DNA of 61,799 nt, the filler included, from Trypethelium eluteriae (lineage: Eukaryota): the NCBI GenBank assembly GCA_051942245.1. It is 4 parts of 4 records of this genome, joined end to end, with 100 filler letters (N's around TTAATTAATTAA, not from the genome) between each part and the next. Parts side by side here need not be neighbours in the genome. Positions count along the whole stretch, not along the records: positions 46,499 to 61,799 come from JAVECL010000654.1; 3 more parts are not named here. The stretch is one strand, 5' to 3'. The notes beneath the pieces are model-generated. The model was not told the origin of the DNA, made no database searches, and saw only the letters and a program-made list of their open reading frames with translations. The position numbers and the translations under genes were made by a program. Below, one piece after another: positions 49,607-59,646 of this stretch; position 1 is the stretch's first letter; each line of letters starts with the position of its first letter.

Positions 49607-51470
49607 ATGACGACTCTGGAACCGAGGGTTCCCTATACCCCCCGAGAACTCGAGCAGCTCTATCCTAAGGACCTGCAACTGCAGCTAGTCCAAATCGTAT
49701 GTATCAATGAACCTCAAGGATACATATACAATCTTATTTACTCTAATAGCTTCTTCGACATGGTGAAAGAAGTCCGGTATCTTCGCGCTTCAGGAACGTA
49801 AGTCAAGTTCGATCTTGTCTGCTTGAATGAAAAAGCGATTACGATCTAATGTCAATGTTCCAATAGGCAGGGCTGCCACCTTGTATGTTAATTGAAGGCC
49901 CAGTAGTTCGAAGTAGGACACGAACTGATTCGATCGGTAGATTGGCCATATTGTAATTCTGCAAGACAACTCACGAGCGTTATCATGACTACCAAGGACT
50001 GGTCTCAATGGGATGGTCTCAAATTCCGACGCCGCCTTGAAACCTTCGGCCCCGACGATAGCCCTGTAGTGGCCGCCGGTCCCAAAGGGGAATACGATGG
50101 AATTTGGTGAAGCATGCCTTGAAATTTTCTGTGTTGACCACTACTGACTCCTCCTGATAGCCAACCTGGCGAGCTGACGGACAAAGGTCGAGAAACGACT
50201 CTTGCTCTCGGCGAACGCCTCCGCCATCTCTATGTCGACCAACTCGGCTTTATGCCCAAACTGATCTCGGATGCTGACATGATCTATCTCCGCGCTACCC
50301 CTTTAACTCGTGCCCTCGAGTCCGTGCAGCAAGCTTTTTGGGGTATGTATCCCCCAAACGCACGCACCGCCTCCTTCCCTCCCCCGACTATCCTCACCAG
50401 GAGTCCCGCGGACGAGACCCTGTATCCTAATGATGGCAATTGCCGCCGATTCGCTCAGCTTTCGCGCGAGTTCGCCGAGCGCACCGCTCAGCGCTGGAAT
50501 GACGCCCCAGAGATGGACTACCTCAATCGCAAGCTTGGCAAGTGGATGCCAGAGCAATCTCCGCGTGTGGCTGTTGACTCGCATCCGCGCCTCTCGGGAA
50601 TCATGGATACGCTAAATGCGACGCTCGCACATGGTCCAGAGACGCGGCTGCCATCCGAGTTCTACGATCCCAAGGTCAGGGCCATCATCGATAAAATTGG
50701 GGTCGAGGAGTGGTATGCAGGTTATCAAGAGTCCCGCGAGTATCGCGCTCTGGGTATTGGCGCGCTTGTTGGAGATATAGTAGGTCGGATGACGGGTAGC
50801 GTAGAGAGAAATGGGCGGGATGGGGTGGAGGAAGTTGGTGGGGAGGATGGGAAGTTAGGCCAAGGTCGAGGCGGCGAGAAGGATCTAAAGCTTGCGCTGT
50901 CCGGATGTCATGACACGACTCTAGCAGGGCTCTTGACCAGCCTTGGAGCATTTGAGGGCGAAGACTGGCCGCCGTACACGAGCCACGTTGCCATTGAGCT
51001 GTTCAGAAAACGAGATGCAATTCACAATGTTCAGATGTCCAATTCGCCACGCCAAGACGGCGCTCAGAAAAGCCTGGAATCAAAAGGATGGTTCTCTGCA
51101 CTTTTTGGGAGGGCAAAAGAGGCTGCTGGAAGGAAGCCCGAAAGCATCGCGCGGAAGCCAATGACTGAGCTTAGTGAGGCAGAGAAGGAGAGGTTGGAAG
51201 GGTATTTTGTCCGTATAAGGTACAACGATCGTCCGATGACGGTGCCCGGGTGCAAAGTTTCGGGGAAACACCTCGAAGGGGATGAAAGCTTCTGCACTTT
51301 GGTAAGCCTTACTCCCTAACCTTCTAAATCTCCCATGTGCTGACCAAGAGCAGGAAGCCTTCAAGTCTATTACGGATAAGTATACACCACGGCATTTGAG
51401 GCAAGAGTGTGTGTCAAATTTGGACCAGTCAGCCTTTCCAGCTTCTCCACAACCTGCTGGGTACGCATAG
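49607..51470 (+). CDS. Histidine acid phosphatase (branch 2; ACP6/lysosomal acid phosphatase-like)
   Basis: LVQI|LLRHGERSP (RHGxRxP motif), GELTDKG, RALESVQ and SGCHDTT (HD). Six exons including a 16-nt micro-exon at 49867-49882. Confidence 0.9.
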
Positions 51471-51743
51471 AGAGGGGTAGCGATGCAAAGCTACTGTCTA
51501 TGAATTAAGATTGTGGGTAAGTCTCATATCGCATCTTTGCACCTTCGCACCTAGGTCTTCAAACAAGGAGCTGCGTTTAGATTGGTCTATCATACTTGGT
51601 GGAAAAATTGTCTATTTCTCGTCTTCTTCGGATTAGCCGGTGGGGTTGTAGACGCTCGGAACGATGCATAGACTTCTAGACATTGGCATGGCATAGATTC
51701 ATTGACTGGACGCCTAAAACTAGGACAAATGTGATTTAACATC

Positions 51744-54137
51744 TCACTCTTCATTCAAACCCTTCCACCCTTCCTCCCTCCAATCCCCACTCCTCCCACC
51801 CTCCTTCCTCACCACCCTCAACCCAGTAATCTCCATCCGCTTATCCACCGCCTTGCACATATCATACACCGTCAGCGCCGCCCCATTCACCGCCATCAAC
51901 GCCTCCATCTCCACCCCCGTCGACCCCACACATTCCACCGTCGCTTGGATCCTTACATGTCCCTTCTCCCCGCCCTCCATTCCCCTCTCAACCTCCTTGT
52001 CCTCCGTCGGCACGACCACGACCAACTCCACCCCGACCCGACTGATCCCCACGGGATGACACAGCGGCACCACCTCGCTCGTCCGCTTCGCCGCCATGAT
52101 GCCTGCCACCCGCGCCACCGCCAGCACGTCTCCCTTCTTCATCTGGTTCGTGCGAATTAGGCGCGCCGGGTCCGGGGAGGAGAAGGTGACGCGACCGACT
52201 GCGGTGGCGACGCGATGAGAGGCCGGTTTAGAGGCGATAGAGACCATCTGGGCGGTGCCGCTGGGTGTGAGGTGGGTGAGGTTTGCGTCAGAGCGGGTGG
52301 TGTACGAGGAGCTTCGGAGCTTGGCAGTGGGAGAGGGGGGAAGGAGGGAGGAATGGTCGAGTGGGGGTATGGAGGGGGCGGTCAGGCTTTTTGGGCGTTT
52401 GATCGGCGAGGGAGGGCGAGAATGTAGTGTGAGGGAAGTGAGGGTGCGGAGCTGGGATGTTGGGTTGACGGTGCTGGGGGAGTAGATTGATAGTATCGGC
52501 ATTCTGGATGGTGTGGTGTTGGATATTGTCCCTCGGTCAAACAGATTCTGCCAATGGGAGAAGCGCGAAGTTGTGGCTGTAGAGCTTCTAAGATTGTCTG
52601 GATAATTTTAGCGAGAACATGAGGGAATGAGAGGTCAGACTTGCGAACAACATACAGCTCTGAATGTTTGATGATTGCCTGGTTGAGTCGAAATTGAATG
52701 GTTCCAGGGTTGAGCATGTCGTTGCCGGCTTGAAGAGAAAAGAACTTCACCCACCAATCAAAATCATGGGTCTATTCTTCATATTCTCTAGTTCACCCAT
52801 TCCAGCGTGCTTCTCTTTTTTACGTTTAACCGCCCTCCCAATGACCTCAAGAAGTTCCCGTTCTCGATCTCCCCAGCCAAGAGCTCTATCAGGCGGCAGT
52901 AGGCTTTGATGACGATCCATTTCCATTTGTTTCATTCCCTCGAACGCTTCTTGATCAATAGGATCTCCATGGTTTCCTTGCCTGAGTAAATCACGTAGAG
53001 AGACCTCTGAATTTCCGAATAGGCAAACTTTCAAGTTGCCATCACTGGTAATCCGCAGTCGATTGCAAGTGCCACAGAAATTGTGCGTCATGCTTGTGAT
53101 AAAGCCGAGTTTCCCTACAAAGCCTGGTACCTGAAAGGTCTTACTTGTGTCATTCTTGTGGTCCTGAACCTTCTGTAGGCTAGGGTATTTTGACTTGATA
53201 ATGTCTAGCATCTCTTGATAGGGAACCATTTTGCCTTGACTCCATTTGTTACCATCGAAAGGCATGTACTCGATGAAGCGGACTTCAATATCTTTCTCTC
53301 GGCCCATTTCCGCAAATGGTATGATCTCACGTTCGTTAATATGACGCATGACAACACAATTCAGCTTGAGCTTGATGCCGGCTCCAAGAGCGTTCATTTC
53401 TAGTATCCGATCAATGCTCTTCATAACGGCTTCGAATCCTTTACGTCGAGTCATGATTTGGAACTGGAAAGGATCCAGCGTATCCAGACTCAGATTTACT
53501 CCGGTTAATCCAGCTTCGACCATGCTGTCTAATTTTCGATGAAGTGTAAGTCCATTTGTAGTAAGTGCCAGTTCTTTTAATCCTCTTGAGCGAAGCGATC
53601 CAATCGAGTGCATCAAAGGTATAATATCTTTGCGGACAGTAGGTTCACCACCGGTCAATCGTATCTTGGCGACACCTTGGGAGACGAAGAGAGAAGAAAG
53701 GTAGAAGATCTCAGGAGATGTCAAGAGATGGGCAGGTGGTGAAAGAGGTACGCCCTCTGTCGGCTGTTAGTCAGAGAACTGGAGATATTGCAGGCATCTT
53801 CACCCTCTGGCATGCAATATAAGCAACGTAAATTGCATTTTTCTGTAATGCTGATGCGCAGATAATCATGCTGTCTATGGAAATTGTCCGTAAGGAATTC
53901 AGAAAAAGGCTTTGCCTGTTTGACAGCGTTTCTTCGATTCTCTTGACTCTCGAGCTGCGCGTTGTCTACGTGCTCCTTATCGACCAAGTTGGTCGAGGCA
54001 TACACAAAGTCAGAACCTTGAGACGTGTTGGCAGCCGTGGCTATCGCCCTGCTGGGTGCATGACTGACGTTGTGTCGAGTCGTCCTTAGAACCCGTCCGA
54101 GGTTGATCGCTGACCGGGCAGCTTTAGTCGTAGCCAT
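51744..54137 (-). CDS. cnxABC: Molybdenum cofactor biosynthesis protein 1: GTP 3',8-cyclase (MoaA) plus cPMP synthase (MoaC), expressed as MoaA alone (stop 52749-52747) or as a spliced fusion
   Basis: Radical-[30 protein letters not shown] and C-terminal RPMILIGG. MoaC motifs [28 protein letters not shown] and [16 protein letters not shown]. Introns 53803-53757, 52750-52679 and 52655-52598. Confidence 0.93.
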
Positions 54138-56467
54138 CCCACAGTTCGAAAGCAGTCGGGGAGTTCATATAAGCCTTTCGATATAAAATCATGGTTGGCG
54201 ATCTCCAGTCTCTGACTAGTGGAAATGCCATTCGCCACTGCCCACTTGCCTACCTGCAGTGCCTGCCCACCGTGCCGCCCAGTCATTGTTCGGTCCCTGA
54301 CGTCGGCTTTGGATCCTGGAAGGACCGATGTCGGTAGAGTGGCGTGGCTGAGTGACCCGAGTGGGGATGGAGAGTGCCGTTACCTCTATCTATTGCCCGA
54401 TTTTGATTCTTGCTTTTCTTCTCCGCAAAAGCGTTTCACGTCAGGAAGGAGAAAAAATAGGTCACAGATGTCAGGATGTGCACTGTTCTCATTCAATGTA
54501 TGCGACTCCAGACACGTTGCATATTTCCTGTTTCTCAACACCCACGACGACTTAAAACGGAAGTGGCTGTGTATATGAACGCACAACTTTTTTTCTCATC
54601 AATGCTAATCTCTTCGGCTATAAACTTTTCAAGAGATAGCTTGAGCTCATGTCAAAGTCTGCTCTGTGCTCGATACTTGAGATTTCATGCACCTAGCGTT
54701 TGTATCAGCACCTCAGGGTGTCAACTGACCTACCTAGTAACCTCGTCTCTACCCAAACGGCTTGGTGCACTTATCTTCCCCCCTTTCCTCCACAGCTGAG
54801 GAAGTGATAAGTTTGGGTGGATTGCAATAATAAACGCAACGTCAGCTCGAACATGCGATGACTATCATCTCTAAGCTATTGCTGGGGTTGGTCAAACGTC
54901 CGTCGAGCTGAATGGACACACGCGTGGTATCGGCACACGCAATCAGATGGCTCAGCAAATAGGGAGCTCACCGGCATTGTGACTATCTACTCTAAGAAAA
55001 TGGAGAAATGTAGAACGCCCAGGATGATGAAAAGCCCCAAGCCTCGCTCTGCTCTTGCAGCTCACAACGCGCGTACTCGGATGTAGACGTTATCAGTGAT
55101 CACTGGGGCATCCATCATGCAGCTTGAAATGCCCTGACGGCAGATGTATTAGTGGACTCAGATCTAGCGGACGCCTGTGTCTTGTCAATGCCAACGCTCA
55201 TTGCGAAGGTCAAGTATCTATCGATTAATGGATTCTAAGCAGTAGACTTGGTCCTCTAAGCCGTTCATCTCGTATTCAAGAATAAAAAGTCACCATGCCC
55301 CCATTCAGCCTCTTCCAAGGCGAAGTTGGAGATGATTCCAGCGCCAAATTTGACTTTTACACTGTGTTCTGTGCTTAATAGTATGGTCATTAAGCCCTGC
55401 GGCTCTCCGAAGTCAGTCTCATGAGAACGTGCCGAACCTGGAGATCAGGGATGACGCTGAACTTTTTTCTCTGAACCGAACCGTTATGCCACCATGCGGT
55501 CTCTCCGCTATGCAGACCCATGTATCAAATCGACGAACCTGCAGCTCTTAGGACTTAAGCAGCAGAAGCTGTACGGAGTCCAGCTAGAGAGAAGACTTAG
55601 CCACGCGGCACTTGTACCTGTCGAGGTCTATGTCAAGTTGCCGCGCGTAGAGATACCACACTCCACAGAGTTCGATAAGAGATCCCCTGATGAGCGTTTG
55701 GGTTGCCGGCTGGAATTGCACGAAGCACGCGAGATTGGAAACGTGAGTCAAGGTCAAGACAAGACACGGAGAAAGCCGCACAGCAGCAATTTGAGGTAGG
55801 GGATGATCGAGCCGAAGTGGTGGTGAGAGTTATGCAGACACACGCATTATCTGCTTCTGGCGCGTCTGCACCTCTGGGTGTCTGGAATAGCTGTGAATCG
55901 GAGGTCGGCCAGGGCATGTCTCCGGTCCGGGCTCCCCTCTAGCTGTCTAGGTGCTCACGGTAAATACTGTGATTGGGCAGTCTGCATAATTAAGTCGGCT
56001 AATAGCAGGACCAGACACCAAGTGCACCAAGTCCCGCAAGTCCCGTATCGGGTGGTGCGGGTCTCCGCCCTGCTTGGCCCTGCTTGGGTCTCAGCACTGC
56101 CTCTGTCACCCGGAACCCAGCGGCCAACTCGTCGTCGACTATTTTGCAATTCTCTTCCTCTCCATTGCTGCTCTTCATCACTTCATCCCCTTCTTCTCTG
56201 GTTCTTCATCAACCGATCCATCGGTCGTTGTTCATTCTCATCGATCGCACAGCTACGGAACACTGTTCCTAAGTAGGCATCGACCGACCGCGCGTCCCAC
56301 CCGCGCTTATCCCTCTCGACGAAACACTGCCCGGGGGCCGCGTAATACCTTGGAACGCACCTACTCTCCCATTGTCTCGCGCCTCATTTGTTAGGCAAAG
56401 GCTGGCGAACCTGCCTGGGATATTACAACATTCGGATCCTGGTTTCTCAGGATAGAAGGAACGCTTC

Positions 56468-58490
56468 ATGATGGCTACCATCCAATTTCCATCTTCAACC
56501 CCCCTCAAGCAGGAGACTGATATTGACATGAACTCCTTCATCGACTTCAGCGGTGGAGAAAGCTATTCATCCCCTAAACAAGACTCATTCTTCCCTCGTC
56601 CCACTCTGGAAGCTTCAGAGCTACCTGAATCTGAGGACTTTCAAAGCTTTTCTGGGCCTAGCCATGAGTACGAACGATACCAACAACAAACGGGTCTCCC
56701 ACCCGCGGCTTTAACTCATCTGCATGCCTTCATCGACGAAGAGTCCCAAACTTTATCTCAGTCTTCCAGTTCTGTCTCAGGAAACTTTGAAATCCCTGCA
56801 GCTGCATTCAATGAGGAGACGTCCTTTGACGACGTTTTGGCTACTACCATGGATGGATTTGCGTATGATGAGCAGGTTCGTTCCCCCTCACAACCGTGCT
56901 GTTTAGGTAGTCTCCAGGAACCTAAAATAAACCCTTCAATCGTAAATTTCCTCACTCGCCAGATCATGTTTAACTGTTCTGGTTTAAATACTAACTTCTT
57001 TGTACAGAATGTACCGAATGCACAGCCGCAATTCAGTCATGATGCCATGCAAAGGGTTCAGCAAAGACGTTCACTGCAAGAGGCATCTTACAGACCCGAG
57101 ACACAACCTCGCCTCTCGGTTCCGACCCACAATCCATATTCAAATTTACAGCGCACCCAATCAGTGACCACGCCACAAACGCTGCACCCTCAACAAACTC
57201 TTCAAGCATCACCAATCACAAGTCGACCCGCCTCGCAACAACGCTTCGACCCTCAAATCACCCAGATTAACGTAGACGAGACTATTCATCGCGTATTGGC
57301 AAAGATTCGCCATGATAGTGTCCAATCGGGAAAATTGCCAGAGGATGATGGGTCTCCAGGCAGCAGCACTCCTCATCTCGCAAAGGCGAAGAAGGATGAG
57401 GAGGAAATGGACGCAGATGAGAAGCTTCTTGCCAGTGAGGAGGGTAAAGCGCTCAGCAGCAAAGAACGACGGCAATTACGTAATAAAGTCTCAGCCAGAG
57501 CCTTCCGACACCGCCGAAAGGGTTGGTAACGCCATTGGCCTGTCAAATTCATGTGCTAACCATCGAATAGAGTATATTACCCAGCTCGAGGATGAAATTA
57601 AGAGCAAGAACAGTGCTCTGGACTGCACCGTCAACGAGAATCACAAATTGAGAAAAGAAAACGAACAGATGTCTAACTTCATCAAGGATCTGCTTTCGAA
57701 GCCTGCATTTCGAGGTACTCTCGAGGACATTGCCACAGAGCAACAGCTTCACTCTAGAAATCCATCCATGGGCCCCCCTCCAAGGCGAGCGGCTTCAGCC
57801 CAACTGATGGCTCCCAATACCCCCACGAACATGCCGAACTTTGGCATGGCGACGTCTCCAATTGGGCAGCAAGCTACGCCGCAGCAATTCACTCACACAT
57901 CGCACACAGTGATGCAGCATCCGAGGAGTTCAGGGCCGGACTTTGATATTGCGGCGATGAGTGGGCTGAACCTACAGGGGAGTGGTGACCAGTGGGGATC
58001 GGCCAGCAGCTCAAGCAACAGCTCCACTAATCAGTGGAATACTGACACCATGCCCTACGACGTAAATCCTAACGTTTCCGGCTTTGCGGTCCTCGATCTA
58101 CCACAGGGCCCCTCGTTGGAGCAGCTCAAATCAGAAGTGCTCTCTGGCAAGGGAAGTGAGCCAATCCTGCCAATGATCGACACCGATCAGGACTCGAAAC
58201 TCGATCGCCCCATCATCCGCGAAGTCATGCCTACGCCCACAGAAAAGGCTGATGCTCCTACTGGCCTTCCTGTTGTTGGCGGACCTGGGTTCGACGACGC
58301 TGATTTTGATTTATTTTGTGATATCCCTGCTGCAGCTCCCCATCAGACCACATCTGCGGTTTCTCGTTCTGGAAAATACAACCTGATCGTCCTGCCGCCA
58401 AGCAATCCTTTCATGAACCCCGAAGAGCGTCTTGAAAGGATGTGTCAAGCACTCGACGCGTTGGTGGATCGTCTTGAGAATTTGATGTAA
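56468..58490 (+). CDS. bZIP transcription factor (LziP/Fpo1-like Pezizomycotina family)
   Basis: DEKLLASEEGKALSSKERRQLRNKVSARAFRHRRK|EYITQLEDEI gives the basic region and zipper after intron 57522-57570. Probable intron at 56876-57007. Confidence 0.88.
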
Positions 58491-59646
58491 CTGCTTTGCT
58501 GGTTGAACATGGAGTTTCACTTGGGTATGGTTTAGCGGTTACGTTATTGGCATGGCCTTGAAATGGGTTGTTACGTTGTTACTGGAGTAGGAATGTAAAG
58601 ATAGGTGGTGGTTTTGGATAGAAATCCGGCTGGCGCGTTTCGATGCGGTATCACTTATCGTGTCGAATCGATGGAGGCTGTAGATAAGGCTCCCTTCAGT
58701 ATGAACGAGATTCATTAAATTCTGTGATTTGGATGTTTTCACCTATGAGGCGAGCCCATAATGATTCTCACAAATCTGTAACATTAGGTATCCTCGAAAC
58801 CAAAACTCCATTCCGTCGAATCGTCAATCGTAATTGCAAGCACATTTATACAAAGCTGACTGCATGACTGTATAACTGGTTAATGCACAGTTTCCGATCG
58901 CTCGGGAATACCTTGACTTACTCTTACTCTGTACGGAGTACCACGTTGTGAAAGGCCGAATTGGCCGTTCGGGCCAACATTTCGTCACATCTTGTCTATG
59001 ACTCTCGAAGCCCAAAAATTTTAATGCTCGATCCTCAATGTACTGTATGCTAGAGCTCGTATACTTGACTCTTTAAAACTGCATTGCGGCCAACACATGA
59101 ATTGAGGCATAACGTCACGTCTGCGGCAGCATTATCAAATTGGCTTCAAAATTCATCTTCGGAGGACGACTAACGACCGGTACGAATGCACGATTTACGA
59201 CAGTGCCATCTTTCGTCCAGTCAAACCGACAATCCTACTGGTTAGGCCTTCAAACCCCATCGAGGAAATCGCTACAGGCACAACACAGGGATCTTTCTGG
59301 CAAACCCTCACCGTTTGGTCAGATTAATGAGCTTTTCAAGAAGAGCACTACTGCTCGTTCGGACACTGACCTTTTAAAGAATCATGATGATCAAGAGTCG
59401 CATTTAGTCCATAATGAGTCGCAATCGCAACCACGTACGAAAAGGCGGCTGAAGATCGGATCTGAAAGGACTTGGCGGACCTGGGAGACGCCATACGTTC
59501 CTGTCCACGTAACTCAACCTCACTTCCTTACATCCCCGGCAATATACAGCTTTCCCAGCAAGCATTACCTTTGCCTCCACAAGCCAAGCATTGCGCACAG
59601 AAACATCATTGCAAAACGTCCAACGACTGTAAAAGAGTTCAATAGG

